Assembly (NCBI RefSeq): GCF_013167455.1
Contig: NZ_CP038328.1
Strand: one strand, 5' to 3'
DNA length: 64,000 nucleotides
Source of the DNA: Escherichia coli O157:H7
GTDB lineage: Bacteria > Pseudomonadota > Gammaproteobacteria > Enterobacterales > Enterobacteriaceae
Shown: one piece after another, positions 11,075 through 25,865 of the stretch
How the letters are laid out: each line of letters opens with the position of its first letter
Numbering within the stretch: the first letter of the stretch is position 1
The notes under the pieces: model-generated
What the model was told of the DNA's origin: nothing
Databases searched by the model: none
What the model saw: only the letters and a program-made list of their open reading frames with translations
Program-made: the position numbers and the translations under genes

Positions 11075-12232
11075 TTGAAACGTAGTCTGCTTTTTTCTGC
11101 CGTGCTGTGTGCGGCGTCATTGACCTCCGTCCATGCGGCGCAGCCGATCACTGAACCGGAGTTTGCCTCTGATATTGTCGATCGTTATGCCGATCATATT
11201 TTTTACGGCAGCGGTGCCACGGGGATGGCGCTGGTTGTTATCGACGGTAACCAGCGCGTCTTTCGCAGTTATGGCGAAACGCGACCTGGTAATAACGTTC
11301 GCCCGCAGCTGGATTCGGTCGTGCGTATTGCTTCCCTCACCAAGCTAATGACCAGTGAGATGCTGGTGAAATTGCTCGACCAGGGGACCGTGAAGTTAAA
11401 CGATCCGCTAAGTAAATATGCTCCGCCAGGCGCACGCGTGCCAACCTACAATGGGACGCCCATTACGCTGGTCAATCTGGCAACCCATACCAGCGCCCTG
11501 CCCCGTGAACAGCCCGGTGGCGCGGCACATCGTCCGGTGTTTGTCTGGCCAACGCGCGAGCAACGCTGGAAATACCTTTCTACGGCGAAGCTGAAAGCCG
11601 CGCCAGGCAGTCAGGCGGCGTACTCTAACCTTGCGTTCGACCTGCTGGCAGATGCACTGGCGAATGCGTCCGGCAAGCCTTATACCCAGTTGTTTGAAGA
11701 GCAGATTACCCGTCCATTGGGGATGAAAGACACCACCTACACTCCCTCACCGGATCAGTGCCGCCGTTTAATGGTTGCTGAGCGCGGTGCCAGTCCGTGC
11801 AATAACACGCTGGCGGCAATTGGCAGCGGCGGCGTCTATTCCACGCCTGGCGATATGATGCGCTGGATGCAGCAGTATTTGTCATCTGATTTTTATCAGC
11901 GCAGTAACCAGGCAGATCGCATGCAGACGTTGATTTATCAGCGCGCGCAGTTTACGAAAGTGATTGGCATGGATGTCCCCGGCAAAGCGGATGCGCTTGG
12001 TTTAGGCTGGGTATATATGGCCCCGAAAGAGGGTCGTCCGGGGATTATTCAGAAGACAGGTGGTGGTGGCGGTTTCATTACCTATATGGCGATGATCCCG
12101 CAGAAGAATATTGGCGCGTTTGTGGTGGTCACTCGTTCGCCGTTGACGCGCTTTAAAAATATGAGCGATGGCATCAATGATCTGGTGACCGAGCTAAGCG
12201 GGAATAAACCGTTGGTTATCCCCGCATCCTGA
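11075..12232 (+). CDS. ampH: Penicillin-binding protein AmpH (class C beta-lactamase fold), apparent TTG start
   Basis: 385 aa with signal peptide and SLTK (SxxK) active-site motif; first codon in the sequence is TTG. Confidence 0.9.
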   Translation: MKRSLLFSAVLCAASLTSVHAAQPITEPEFASDIVDRYADHIFYGSGATGMALVVIDGNQRVFRSYGETRPGNNVRPQLDSVVRIASLTKLMTSEMLVKLLDQGTVKLNDPLSKYAPPGARVPTYNGTPITLVNLATHTSALPREQPGGAAHRPVFVWPTREQRWKYLSTAKLKAAPGSQAAYSNLAFDLLADALANASGKPYTQLFEEQITRPLGMKDTTYTPSPDQCRRLMVAERGASPCNNTLAAIGSGGVYSTPGDMMRWMQQYLSSDFYQRSNQADRMQTLIYQRAQFTKVIGMDVPGKADALGLGWVYMAPKEGRPGIIQKTGGGGGFITYMAMIPQKNIGAFVVVTRSPLTRFKNMSDGINDLVTELSGNKPLVIPAS

Positions 12233-12921
<689 letters not shown>

Positions 12922-12922
12922 T

Positions 12923-15886
<2,964 letters not shown>

Positions 15887-16411
15887 TTGTCATCCCTCCT
15901 CAGGGACGTAATAAGTTGATCCATCAATTATCAATGCATAGAAAACATCTTATGTTTCGCGTTGACGATTATGCGGCGTTATAGAGGAATGGTTCAATTA
16001 TTCTTTCCCCTAAGTCCGATTGCGGACATATATAAAAATATCTATACGCACAAAGAATAAGTTGACAAAAACACTGCATTTCAACACGTTAATGAAATCA
16101 TTAATTTTGAATTATAGATCCTAAAAATACCAAAACAACAAATCAGACAAATAATTTATCAATAAGCAATGAACTTTAAGTAATTCAATTTTTGACAGTT
16201 CAACCAAATTGACAAAAATAATAACCAGCACCTATAAATAAAAATTAAAAAATATTTTCAGTGAATATGAAGTTATTGCTATTTCTATTACAAAGATGCC
16301 CTGGTCTCTCTTTCATTCTCTTCTTGTCAACATCGTGACAACTTTCGTAAAACACTCCAGCCCCGCTTCAGGTATACTGTGCACCTTAATTCCACAAACA
16401 TCAGGCAGACC
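15887..16411. promoter_or_regulatory. 525-bp AT-rich divergent intergenic region holding the yaiT and hemB promoters
   Basis: Long A/T runs read directly; individual promoter hexamers not confidently assigned. Confidence 0.4.
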
Positions 16412-17386
16412 ATGACAGACTTAATCCAACGCCCTCGTCGCCTGCGCAAATCTCCTGCGCTGCGCGCTATGTTTGAAGAGACAACACTTAGCCTTAACGA
16501 CCTGGTGTTGCCGATCTTTGTTGAAGAAGAAATTGACGACTACAAAGCCGTTGAAGCCATGCCTGGCGTGATGCGCATTCCAGAGAAACATCTGGCACGC
16601 GAAATTGAACGCATCGCCAACGCCGGTATTCGTTCCGTGATGACTTTCGGCATCTCTCACCATACCGATGAAACCGGCAGCGATGCCTGGCGGGAAGATG
16701 GACTGGTAGCGCGTATGTCGCGCATCTGCAAGCAGACGGTGCCAGAAATGATTGTCATGTCAGACACCTGCTTCTGTGAATACACTTCTCACGGTCACTG
16801 CGGTGTGCTGTGCGAGCATGGCGTCGACAACGACGCGACTCTGGAAAATTTAGGCAAGCAAGCCGTGGTTGCAGCTGCTGCAGGTGCAGACTTCATCGCC
16901 CCTTCCGCCGCGATGGATGGCCAGGTACAGGCGATTCGCCAGGCGCTGGACGCTGCTGGCTTTAAAGATACGGCGATTATGTCGTATTCGACCAAGTTCG
17001 CCTCCTCCTTTTATGGTCCGTTCCGTGAAGCTGCCGGAAGCGCATTAAAAGGCGACCGCAAAAGCTATCAGATGAACCCAATGAACCGTCGTGAGGCGAT
17101 TCGTGAGTCACTGCTGGATGAAGCCCAGGGCGCAGACTGCCTGATGGTTAAACCTGCTGGAGCGTACCTCGACATCGTGCGTGAGCTGCGTGAACGTACT
17201 GAATTGCCGATTGGCGCGTATCAGGTGAGCGGTGAGTATGCGATGATTAAGTTCGCCGCGCTGGCGGGTGCTATAGATGAAGAGAAAGTCGTGCTCGAAA
17301 GCTTAGGTTCGATTAAGCGTGCGGGTGCGGATCTGATTTTCAGCTACTTTGCGCTGGATTTGGCTGAGAAGAAGATTCTGCGTTAA
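16412..17386 (+). CDS. hemB: Porphobilinogen synthase (delta-aminolevulinate dehydratase), 324 aa; start at [13 protein letters not shown]
   Basis: Recognised HemB sequence; the listed ORF carries an 11-codon upstream extension. Confidence 0.95.
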
Positions 17387-17435
17387 TTTTGTTTCCTCTC
17401 AGAAAGGGGGAGTTAACCTGTTGAAAGCACGGTGA

Positions 17436-17470
17436 ACGCCCCCTCACCCTAACCCTCTCCCCAAGGGGGC
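17436..17470. terminator. GC-rich hairpin CCCTCTCCCCAAGGGGGCGAGAGG between convergent hemB and tauD
   Basis: Imperfect inverted repeat read directly. Confidence 0.5.
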
Positions 17471-17492
17471 GAGAGGACCGTCCACTCTCGTA

Positions 17493-18344
17493 TTACCCCG
17501 CCCGATAAAACGGTTTATCCCCAAGAATCGTCGCCCGATGCATAATCCGCCGCTGTGGCAGGTAATCGGCATTGGCATAGTGCTGAGTCACACGGTTATC
17601 CCAAATCGCAATATCATTCGGTTGCCAGCGCCAGCGCACCTGAAACTCCGGTTTAGTGATATGGGCGAATAAAAAGCCTAACAAGGCTTCGCTCTCTTTC
17701 TCGCTGACATCAACAATTCGCGTAGTAAAGCCTTCATTCACAAACAGCGCCTGTTTACCGCTCACCGGATGCGTTCGCACCACCGGATGTAGCAACGGCG
17801 GATTTTTCGCAACCGCCTCGCGCCAGCGTTGATGTTCCTCTTCGGTTTTGCGGTATTTGTATTCCGGGAACGATTTACGAAAATCATGCTCCGCACGCAG
17901 CCCGCTCAGCAGCTGGCGGAAGGGAACAGAGAGCGCCTCATAGGCCGCAATACCGCTGGTCCAGAGCGTATCGCCGCCGGTCGAAGGTAACTCTTTCGCT
18001 GCCAGAATCGCCCCTGCGGGTGGCGTTTCAATAAATGTCACATCGGTATGCCAGTTGTCGTTATCTGGCGGATTATCGTTATGGGTATCCAGCACGATGA
18101 TCTCGTCAACCCCTTCGGCATGAGGGTAAACAGGGTGAATATGCAGTTCGCCAAAACGCTGGGCCAGCGCGCGTTGCTGCTGCGGCGTAATGGCTTGATC
18201 GCGCAGAAACACCACCTGATGGCGCAGTACCGCATGGTAAAGTTGTTCAAACTGATTATCGCTTAACGGGCGCGTCAGGTCGGCACCCGAAATTTGTGCT
18301 CCGATATACGGCCCCAGCGGGGTAATGCTCAGACGTTCACTCAT
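17493..18344 (-). CDS. tauD: Taurine dioxygenase (alpha-ketoglutarate-dependent)
   Basis: 283 aa; recognised TauD sequence. Confidence 0.95.
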   Translation of the reverse strand: MSERLSITPLGPYIGAQISGADLTRPLSDNQFEQLYHAVLRHQVVFLRDQAITPQQQRALAQRFGELHIHPVYPHAEGVDEIIVLDTHNDNPPDNDNWHTDVTFIETPPAGAILAAKELPSTGGDTLWTSGIAAYEALSVPFRQLLSGLRAEHDFRKSFPEYKYRKTEEEHQRWREAVAKNPPLLHPVVRTHPVSGKQALFVNEGFTTRIVDVSEKESEALLGFLFAHITKPEFQVRWRWQPNDIAIWDNRVTQHYANADYLPQRRIMHRATILGDKPFYRAG

Positions 18345-19168
18345 TGTACTTCTCCATGCCAGGGCGTCAGGCGGCGCTGTAACGCGCGCAGACCCAGTTC
18401 TAAAAGAAAGGCGATAATCGCAATCACCGCGATCCCCGCCAGCACCACGTCAGTCGCGAGAAATTCACCCGCTGACTGAACCATAAATCCTAAACCGCGC
18501 GTCGCGGCAATCAGCTCCGCCGCCACCAGCGTAGACCAGCCCACACCCAGACCAATACGTAATCCGGTGAGGATTTCCGGCAGCGCGCCGGGCAAAATGA
18601 CAAACCACAGCACCTGCGCACGGCTGGCACCCAGCGACTGGGCAGCACGAATGCGAACCTGCTGCGCGCTTTTCACCCCCGCCAGCGCCGACATCGCCAC
18701 CGGTGCAAAAATCGCTAAATAGATCAGTAAGATCTTCGAGGTTTCACCAATACCAAACCAGATCACCATCAGCGGCAAATAAGCCAGCGGCGGCACCGGA
18801 CGATAAAGCTCGATTATCGGATCCAGAATGCCGCGCACCGTCGGGCTTAGCCCCATGGCGATCCCGACCGGAATGCCGATCAACACCGCCGCGAGTAGCG
18901 CCAGCACAATGCGCGTCAGGCTGGCTGCCAGATGCTGCCACAGCGTGGCGTCCATAAATCCCTGCGGTCCGGCAATGGTGAGCAGTTTTGCCAGTACTTG
19001 TTGCGGCGGCGGCAAAAACAGCGGGCTAATCAGTTGCAGCGCCGCCACCGTCCACCATACAGTGAGTAAAACCGCTAACGTGCCAATGCTTAAGGTCACC
19101 TGACGCGAGAGCGGCCAGCGCCATTTCAGCCGCCGCGAATGCAGTTTTTCATTAATGAGCACACTCAT
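18341..19168 (-). CDS. tauC: Taurine ABC transporter permease
   Basis: 275 aa; 4-nt overlaps with tauB and tauD. Confidence 0.95.
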   Translation of the reverse strand: MSVLINEKLHSRRLKWRWPLSRQVTLSIGTLAVLLTVWWTVAALQLISPLFLPPPQQVLAKLLTIAGPQGFMDATLWQHLAASLTRIVLALLAAVLIGIPVGIAMGLSPTVRGILDPIIELYRPVPPLAYLPLMVIWFGIGETSKILLIYLAIFAPVAMSALAGVKSAQQVRIRAAQSLGASRAQVLWFVILPGALPEILTGLRIGLGVGWSTLVAAELIAATRGLGFMVQSAGEFLATDVVLAGIAVIAIIAFLLELGLRALQRRLTPWHGEVQ

Positions 19169-19932
19169 GAGAACGCCTCCCGTTGCTCAAATACGCGGCT
19201 TAAAACATATTCGCGCATGGCGATGAATTGTGGATCGGACTTGATGCTGCGGCTCGACTCTCCCGCAACAAAGCGGCGAGCAAAGTTGAGCGGCAGCCGC
19301 TCCAGCACGCGGCCAGGGCCGGGTGAAAGCAGAACCAGTTCAGTCGCCATAAACACCGCTTCTTCTATATCGTGGGTAATCAACAGCACCTGCTTGCCCG
19401 TCTCCTGCCAGAGTTTCAGCAGCAGGGTTTGCATCTGGTCGCGGGTGAAGGCGTCCAGCGCACCAAACGGTTCGTCGAGTAATAACAGCTGGGGATTCGC
19501 CGCCAGCGCGCGGGCAATCCCCACCCGCTGACGTTGACCACCGGAAAGCTGCCAGATGTAGCGTTTTTCTGCGCCTTCCAGCCCCACTTTTTTCAGCATC
19601 TGGTGCGCGATTTCCAGTCGCTGCATTTTCTCTATACCTGCCAATTGCAGGCCGAACGCCACGTTGTCCTGTACATTGCGCCACGGTAGTAGCCCTTCAT
19701 TCTGAAAAACTACGCCACGCTCTGCTCCCGGCCCCTCAATACGCTTACCCGCCAGTTGAATGCTGCCATGCTGATAAGGCACAAAACCGGCAATCAAATT
19801 CAGCAGGGTGGTTTTACCGCAGCCGGACGGCCCCAGCACCACCAGTAGCTCGCCGCTTTCCAGCGTCAGGTTGATATCTTCCAGTACCGGTTTGCCGCCA
19901 TAATCGGCGTAAAGATGAGAGATTTGCAGCAT
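19165..19932 (-). CDS. tauB: Taurine ABC transporter ATP-binding protein
   Basis: Walker [10 protein letters not shown] and LSGGQRQR signature. Confidence 0.95.
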   Translation of the reverse strand: MLQISHLYADYGGKPVLEDINLTLESGELLVVLGPSGCGKTTLLNLIAGFVPYQHGSIQLAGKRIEGPGAERGVVFQNEGLLPWRNVQDNVAFGLQLAGIEKMQRLEIAHQMLKKVGLEGAEKRYIWQLSGGQRQRVGIARALAANPQLLLLDEPFGALDAFTRDQMQTLLLKLWQETGKQVLLITHDIEEAVFMATELVLLSPGPGRVLERLPLNFARRFVAGESSRSIKSDPQFIAMREYVLSRVFEQREAFS

Positions 19933-19944
19933 CTGCGCCTCCTT

Positions 19945-20907
19945 TTATTGCACGAAGCGCGAGGTAACGTACTGGCTGTAATCATTCGCTACAGCCGGGA
20001 CCTTGCCCTGCTCTTTCAAAAACTGCGCGGTGTCGATGATCGCTTTGTTCACCGGTCCGGTCAGTTCTGCCGTTTGTTGCTGCGGCGTCAGATAGGTATT
20101 CCCCTTCACCAGCCCCGGAACGTCACCTTCAGGCACGCCGCTTAAACGCGCCAGTTTGCTGATGTTTTCCGGCTGTTTCAGCCACACGTCTGGGTTAGCA
20201 ATGTACGGTTGCTGAGCATCGATGGCGCTTTTAGAGAACGCTTTCACGACCTCAGGATGTTTCTCGGCAAAATCTTTGCGCACCACCCAAACGTCCAGCG
20301 TTGGCGCGCCCCACTGCCCGACCTGTTCAGAATCGGTCAACACCTTGCCGTCTTTTTCCAGGGCGTTAACCGCCGGTGCCCAGACATAAGCACCATCAAT
20401 ATCTCCCCGCTGCCAGGCAGCGATAATCGCGGGCGGCTGCAGGTTCACAATCTCCACTTGCCCGGGTTTAATGCCCCAGTGTTTCAGCGCCGCCAGCAGG
20501 CTGTAGTGGGTGGTGGAGATAAACGGTACGGCGATGCGTTTGCCAATCAGATCTTCCGGTTTGCTGATAGTTTTCTTTACCACCAGCGCTTCGGAGTTAC
20601 CCAGTTTTGACGCCAGCAAGAAGACTTCAATCGGCACCTGTTGGCTGGCTGCAACCGCTAACGGGCTGGAACCAAGGTTGCCGATTTGCACGTCGCCAGA
20701 AGCCAGCGCCCGCACGATGCTGGCTCCGCTGTCAAACTTGCGCCAGTCCACAGTTGCTCCACTTTCTTTAGCAAAGGTGTTATCGGCCTGAGCCACTTTC
20801 GCCGGTTCGGCTGAGGTTTGATACGCCACGGTGACGTTCACCGCCTGCGCCTGAAAAGCGATGAATGCCAGTGCGGCAAGAAGAGTGTTACGCGATGAAA
20901 TTGCCAT
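19945..20907 (-). CDS. tauA: Taurine-binding periplasmic protein
   Basis: 320 aa with signal peptide; first gene of tauABCD. Confidence 0.95.
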   Translation of the reverse strand: MAISSRNTLLAALAFIAFQAQAVNVTVAYQTSAEPAKVAQADNTFAKESGATVDWRKFDSGASIVRALASGDVQIGNLGSSPLAVAASQQVPIEVFLLASKLGNSEALVVKKTISKPEDLIGKRIAVPFISTTHYSLLAALKHWGIKPGQVEIVNLQPPAIIAAWQRGDIDGAYVWAPAVNALEKDGKVLTDSEQVGQWGAPTLDVWVVRKDFAEKHPEVVKAFSKSAIDAQQPYIANPDVWLKQPENISKLARLSGVPEGDVPGLVKGNTYLTPQQQTAELTGPVNKAIIDTAQFLKEQGKVPAVANDYSQYVTSRFVQ

Positions 20908-21209
20908 GATTGTCTGCTCCCCTGTCTTGTTATGGGAGCAGTATTTCGTTGCGGGTCAGTTTGATAAAGGAATTAAAAGGTCTTGTTAAGAACAAAGCGT
21001 TTTTAGAAAAAAATCGGCAATGGTTAGCGAGTTTGCGCATTTTGCGGTTTTGGCGAACGTATCCCGCCGGTTCACAAGCCAGATAAGATGTGCGCGCTCC
21101 GGCAAATTATTGCCATTTTGTTACATCCATTCCATATCTGTCGCTGGTTGATTGCCAGCGCCGCGCCGTGATGCATGATAGGAGAATTAGATAATAAGAG
21201 AAGAAAAGT

Positions 21210-21839
21210 ATGATTCGGGTAGTGCTGGTGGATGACCATGTTGTGGTGCGCTCTGGCTTCGCACAATTACTCTCTCTGGAAGACGATCTGGAGGTCATTG
21301 GTCAGTACAGTAGTGCCGCGCAGGCATGGTCGGCATTAATCCGTGATGACGTCAATGTTGCCGTCATTGATATTGCCATGCCGGACGAAAACGGCCTCAG
21401 TTTGCTTAAGCGCCTGCGTGCACAAAAACCGCAATTTCGCGCCATTATTCTTAGCATTTATGACGCGCCAACCTTTGTGCAAAGCGCGCTGGATGCCGGT
21501 GCCAGCGGGTATTTAACCAAACGCTGTGGGCCGGAAGAGTTAGTACAGGCGGTGCGCTCGGTCGGGCTGGGCGGGCATTATCTCTGTGCCGATGCGATTC
21601 GGGCTTTACGCGGCGGCGGGCAACCCGCCCAGGCGCTGGAAATTCTCACCCCACGAGAACGTGAAGTGTTTGAGTTACTGGTCAAAGGAGACAGCGTTAA
21701 AGAGATCGCCTTTAAACTCGAACTCAGTCATAAAACGGTACATGTGCATCGCGCCAATGTGCTGGGAAAACTGAACTGCCATAGCACCATTGAACTGGTA
21801 CATTTTGCGCTCGACCACCATCTGCTGGCGGGGCATTAA
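21210..21839 (+). CDS. UhpA-like NarL/LuxR-family response regulator (209 aa)
   Basis: MIRVVLVDDHVVVRSGFAQLL... receiver domain plus C-terminal LuxR HTH; strongly resembles UhpA along its length. Confidence 0.85.
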   Translation: MIRVVLVDDHVVVRSGFAQLLSLEDDLEVIGQYSSAAQAWSALIRDDVNVAVIDIAMPDENGLSLLKRLRAQKPQFRAIILSIYDAPTFVQSALDAGASGYLTKRCGPEELVQAVRSVGLGGHYLCADAIRALRGGGQPAQALEILTPREREVFELLVKGDSVKEIAFKLELSHKTVHVHRANVLGKLNCHSTIELVHFALDHHLLAGH

Positions 21840-23380
21840 TGTCGCGCAATCTTCGTCATTGGGTGATTTTGCTGTTTATTGTGCTAGCCTGGGGAACCGG
21901 CTGGCTGATGCTGTGGACGCTCAGCTTTTATCTGACCAATAACGGTCAACAGGCGGTGTTGTTTCTCCCGCAGGGAGTTTATCTCGCCCTTGTTATTTTG
22001 CTCTCTCGCCGCTACTGGCCTGCGTTGGTGCTCCCCCCTTTGCTGATGATGTTCTGGCTCCATAGTGAACAGCTATTGAACGGTTATCTCATGCTGGCAA
22101 CGCCGGTTATTAGCCTGTTTCCTGCCCTCCTTGCGCAAAACTTCTGGCACCGTTTTCCACTTTACTGGCAGCGTCTGACGTTGCTGTTAGCCACTGTCAC
22201 GGCAGCTTCATTGTTGAATACCGCCCTGCTCTCCCCTTTTATGTCAGGCCCAATAATGCTACCGGGTTTGACCTCATTTACCGGCGGCGTATTACTGACG
22301 CCGTTTGTCTATCTTATCTTTGAGTTTCTGCGCCAGCAGCATCGCTACCAGCTCCTGGGACTCGATACGCATAATCCCCCCTTGCGTACCTCTTTAATCA
22401 TCTGGTGTAGCCTGTTTTTTATTATTGGTATCGGCACTCAGATGGTGCTGTCACCTGAAATTGAACGTCTGCTGTTGATCGTGGTCTTTTTGCCCAATGT
22501 GGTGATGGCGTGGAAATTTGGCTGGCAAGGTGGCGTACTCTCCGGGCTTTTGGGCAGCATGATGATCACCATCGCCCGCCAGATTGGCGTGGGCTTTAGT
22601 AACCTGGTGGAGCTGGAGATTTTCCTCGCGACCCAGGCCTTGCTGGGAATTGGCCTGGGCATTGCCATCAGTCGCCAGCAACATCTGGCGCTAAACCTGC
22701 ACCATTACCGACAACGGCTGGAGGCCGAGCTGGCAGCGCGGCGGGCATTGGCGGAAAAGCTGATCCACACCGAGGAGGACACGCGAAAAAACCTGGCGCG
22801 AGAGCTGCACGACGAAATCGGTCAGAACATCACCGCCATTCAGATCCAGTCGCAACTGGTGAAGCGGGCGCGTGATCCGGCGCAAATTCAATCCGCAGCC
22901 AGCCAAATCAATGAGCTCGCCCGCCGCATTCATCTCTCCACCCGCCAATTGCTGCGCCAGTTGCGGCCTCCCGCGCTTGATGAACTGACATTTCGCGAAG
23001 CGTTGCTGCATCTGATTAATGAATTTGCCTTTAGTGAACGCGGCATTCATTGCCAGTTTGCCTATCAACTGAACTCCACACCAGAAAACGAAACGGTGCG
23101 CTTTACCTTGTATCGGTTATTGCAGGAGTTGCTCAATAACATCTGTAAACACGCCGAAGCCAGCGAAGTGACGATTATCCTGCGCCAGCAGGGAGAGGTA
23201 TTGCATCTGGAAGTCAGCGACAACGGTGTGGGGATCGCCAGCGGGAAAATGGCTGGATTTGGCATTCAGGGGATGCGTGAGCGCGTCAGCGCCCTGGGCG
23301 GCGACTTAACGCTCGAAAAACAGCACGGCACGCGGGTAATTGTTAACTTGCCCACATTTTTGCAACAAATCGCCGGATAA
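21839..23380 (+). CDS. UhpB-like sensor histidine kinase (membrane N-terminal domain plus HisKA_3/HATPase), 513 aa
   Basis: Hydrophobic N-terminal half, H-box LARELHDEIGQ, C-terminal ATPase; resembles UhpB. Start overlaps the regulator stop. Confidence 0.85.
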   Translation: MSRNLRHWVILLFIVLAWGTGWLMLWTLSFYLTNNGQQAVLFLPQGVYLALVILLSRRYWPALVLPPLLMMFWLHSEQLLNGYLMLATPVISLFPALLAQNFWHRFPLYWQRLTLLLATVTAASLLNTALLSPFMSGPIMLPGLTSFTGGVLLTPFVYLIFEFLRQQHRYQLLGLDTHNPPLRTSLIIWCSLFFIIGIGTQMVLSPEIERLLLIVVFLPNVVMAWKFGWQGGVLSGLLGSMMITIARQIGVGFSNLVELEIFLATQALLGIGLGIAISRQQHLALNLHHYRQRLEAELAARRALAEKLIHTEEDTRKNLARELHDEIGQNITAIQIQSQLVKRARDPAQIQSAASQINELARRIHLSTRQLLRQLRPPALDELTFREALLHLINEFAFSERGIHCQFAYQLNSTPENETVRFTLYRLLQELLNNICKHAEASEVTIILRQQGEVLHLEVSDNGVGIASGKMAGFGIQGMRERVSALGGDLTLEKQHGTRVIVNLPTFLQQIAG

Positions 23381-23422
23381 CCAGGAAAAAGTCTTAGGTA
23401 TCCCGGATTTTCTCTCATCCCC

Positions 23423-23445
23423 TTTCACTTTCATTTTCATATAGT
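23423..23445 (+). promoter_or_regulatory. Candidate activator-dependent promoter: three direct TTTCA(C/T) repeats, then -10 TATAGT with a poor -35
   Basis: Read directly in the 72-bp gap between the kinase and the UhpC-like gene; a GGAG RBS follows 6 nt before the 23465 ATG. Confidence 0.35.
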
Positions 23446-23464
23446 CAGCAACATGGAGACAACC

Positions 23465-24769
23465 ATGCACGCGCGTTCAGCGAGAGAAATTAATCAATGC
23501 TACCGGACATTACGTCCGCGATTGCTGATGTGCATGATTATTGGCTACGCCGCATTTTATCTGACGCGAAAAAGCGTGAATTACGTCCTTCCGGCGCTAC
23601 AAACCGACCTCGGACTGGATAAAGGCGACATTGGCCTGCTGGGTTCGCTGTTTTATCTCAGCTACGGATTGTCGAAATTTACCGCCGGACTGTGGCATGA
23701 CAGCCACGGACAACGCGGTTTTATGGGCGTCGGCTTGTTCGCCACCGGGTTATTGAACGTGGTGTTTGCCTTTGGCGAATCACTTACGCTTCTGCTTGTG
23801 GTCTGGACACTGAACGGTTTTTTTCAGGGCTGGGGATGGCCACCGTGTGCCCGCTTGCTGACCCACTGGTACTCACGCAATGAGCGCGGTTTCTGGTGGG
23901 GCTGCTGGAATATGTCGATCAACATTGGCGGAGCGATTATTCCGCTGATTAGCGCCTTTGCCGCCCACTGGTGGGGCTGGCAGGCCGCGATGCTGACACC
24001 GGGGATAATCAGCATGGCATTAGGGATCTGGTTAACGCTACAACTCAAAGGCACGCCCCAGGAAGAGGGATTACCGACAGTTGGTCACTGGCGTCACGAT
24101 CCGCTGGAGTTACGTCAGGAACAACAAAGTCCGCCGATGGGGCTGTGGCAAATGTTGCGCACCACCATGCTGCAAAATCCGCTGATCTGGCTACTGGGCG
24201 TCTCATATGTACTGGTTTATGTGATCCGGATTGCGCTTAACGACTGGGGCAATATCTGGCTGACGGAAAGCCACGGTGTCAACCTGCTCAGCGCCAACGC
24301 CACGGTAATGCTGTTTGAAGTGGGCGGCTTACTCGGCGCGTTATTTGCCGGATGGGGATCGGATTTGCTGTTTAGCGGGCAACGAGCGCCAATGATTTTG
24401 CTGTTCACGTTGGGGTTGATGGTGTCAGTCGCCGCACTGTGGCTGGCACCGGTTCATCACTACGCTCTGCTGGCAGTGTGCTTTTTTACCGTGGGCTTTT
24501 TCGTCTTTGGCCCACAAATGCTGATTGGACTTGCGGCGGTGGAGTGTGGGCACAAAGCTGCGGCGGGTTCAATCACCGGATTTCTCGGCCTGTTCGCTTA
24601 CCTTGGCGCGGCGCTGGCAGGCTGGCCGCTGTCGCTGGTCATCGAACGCTACGGCTGGCCGGGAATGTTCAGTTTACTCTCGGTCGCCGCAGTACTTATG
24701 GGTTTACTGCTGATGCCGTTACTGATGGCGGGCATCACCACCACTCACGCTCGAAGGATAAAACAATGA
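23465..24769 (+). CDS. UhpC-like MFS membrane sensor (organophosphate:Pi antiporter family), about 434 aa
   Basis: 12-TM MFS protein with strong resemblance to UhpC (FYLTRKS..., GPQMLIG...). Start at 23465 preferred over 23453 because of the RBS. Confidence 0.85.
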   Translation: MHARSAREINQCYRTLRPRLLMCMIIGYAAFYLTRKSVNYVLPALQTDLGLDKGDIGLLGSLFYLSYGLSKFTAGLWHDSHGQRGFMGVGLFATGLLNVVFAFGESLTLLLVVWTLNGFFQGWGWPPCARLLTHWYSRNERGFWWGCWNMSINIGGAIIPLISAFAAHWWGWQAAMLTPGIISMALGIWLTLQLKGTPQEEGLPTVGHWRHDPLELRQEQQSPPMGLWQMLRTTMLQNPLIWLLGVSYVLVYVIRIALNDWGNIWLTESHGVNLLSANATVMLFEVGGLLGALFAGWGSDLLFSGQRAPMILLFTLGLMVSVAALWLAPVHHYALLAVCFFTVGFFVFGPQMLIGLAAVECGHKAAAGSITGFLGLFAYLGAALAGWPLSLVIERYGWPGMFSLLSVAAVLMGLLLMPLLMAGITTTHARRIKQ

Positions 24770-25797
24770 AAATGACCTTTACCTCTACTCTGATTGCTTC
24801 TGCCGTTGCGCTGGCGACTTTAACGGGTGCCGCGCAGGCAAAAGGCCGGCTGGTGGTCTATTGCAGCGCCACCAATGAAATGTGTGAGGCCGAAACCAAA
24901 GCGTTTGGCGAGAAATATGATGTAAAAACCTCGTTTATCCGCAACGGTTCCGGAAGCACCCTGGCAAAAGTCGATGCTGAAAAGAAAAACCCCCAGGCTG
25001 ACGTCTGGTACGGCGGCACTTTAGACCCGCAATCGCAGGCTGGCGAGATGGGCCTGCTACAGGCGTATAAATCCCCTAACCTTGAGCAGATCATGGAGAA
25101 ATTCCGCGATCCGGCAAAAGTGAAAGGGAATCTGTCCTCTGCCGTTTATGTGGGGATCCTCGGTTTTGGCGTAAACACCGATCGTCTGAAAGAGAAAAAC
25201 CTGCCGGTGCCGAAGTGCTGGAAAGATCTCACCAAACCGGAATATAAAGGCGAAATTCAAATTGCCGATCCGCAAAGTTCCGGTACTGCCTACACCGCCC
25301 TGGCTACTTTTGCGCAGCTGTGGGGGGAAGATCAGGCCTTTGATTATCTAAAACAACTGAACGCCAACGTCTCTCAGTACACCAAATCAGGCATAGCCCC
25401 GGCACGTAACGCCGCCCGTGGCGAAACGGCGATTGGTATTGGCTTCCTGCATGACTACTCGCTGGAAAAAGAACAGGGCGCGCCGCTGGAGTTGATTTCC
25501 CCGTGTGAAGGTACGGGCTACGAAATTGGCGGCGTCAGCATTCTGAAAGGCGCGCGCAACCTCGACAACGCCAAACTGTTTGTGGACTGGGTATTATCAA
25601 AAGAAGCTCAGGAACTGGCGTGGAAGAAAGGGAAGTCTTATCAGATCCTGACTAATACCACCGCCGAAACGTCGCCAAATTCGCTGAAGCTCGACGACCT
25701 GAAATTAATCAACTACGACATGGATAAATATGGTTCCACGGATGTTCGTAAGGCATTGATTAATAAATGGGTCAGCGAAGTGAAGATGGGTAAATAA
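24766..25797 (+). CDS. AfuA/FbpA-family periplasmic substrate-binding protein (343 aa)
   Basis: Signal peptide MKMTFTSTLIASAVALATLTGAAQA then SBP fold; ATG overlaps the UhpC-like stop (ATGA). The long listed ORF 24439.. is an upstream extension. Confidence 0.8.
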   Translation: MKMTFTSTLIASAVALATLTGAAQAKGRLVVYCSATNEMCEAETKAFGEKYDVKTSFIRNGSGSTLAKVDAEKKNPQADVWYGGTLDPQSQAGEMGLLQAYKSPNLEQIMEKFRDPAKVKGNLSSAVYVGILGFGVNTDRLKEKNLPVPKCWKDLTKPEYKGEIQIADPQSSGTAYTALATFAQLWGEDQAFDYLKQLNANVSQYTKSGIAPARNAARGETAIGIGFLHDYSLEKEQGAPLELISPCEGTGYEIGGVSILKGARNLDNAKLFVDWVLSKEAQELAWKKGKSYQILTNTTAETSPNSLKLDDLKLINYDMDKYGSTDVRKALINKWVSEVKMGK

Positions 25798-25865
25798 ACC
25801 CGCATTAGGCGCATTTGCCGGGTGCAGCGCAGACGCCTGCCCCGGCCAACCATACCGGAACTGCT

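Noticed and set aside
20908-21209. Considered calling specific Cbl/CysB binding sites in the tauA promoter
   Set aside because: Could not recognise convincing motifs by eye; left unannotated rather than guessed.
24439-24765. 109-codon upstream extension of the binding-protein ORF
   Set aside because: Overlaps the UhpC-like gene in another frame; the signal peptide starts at the internal ATG (24766).
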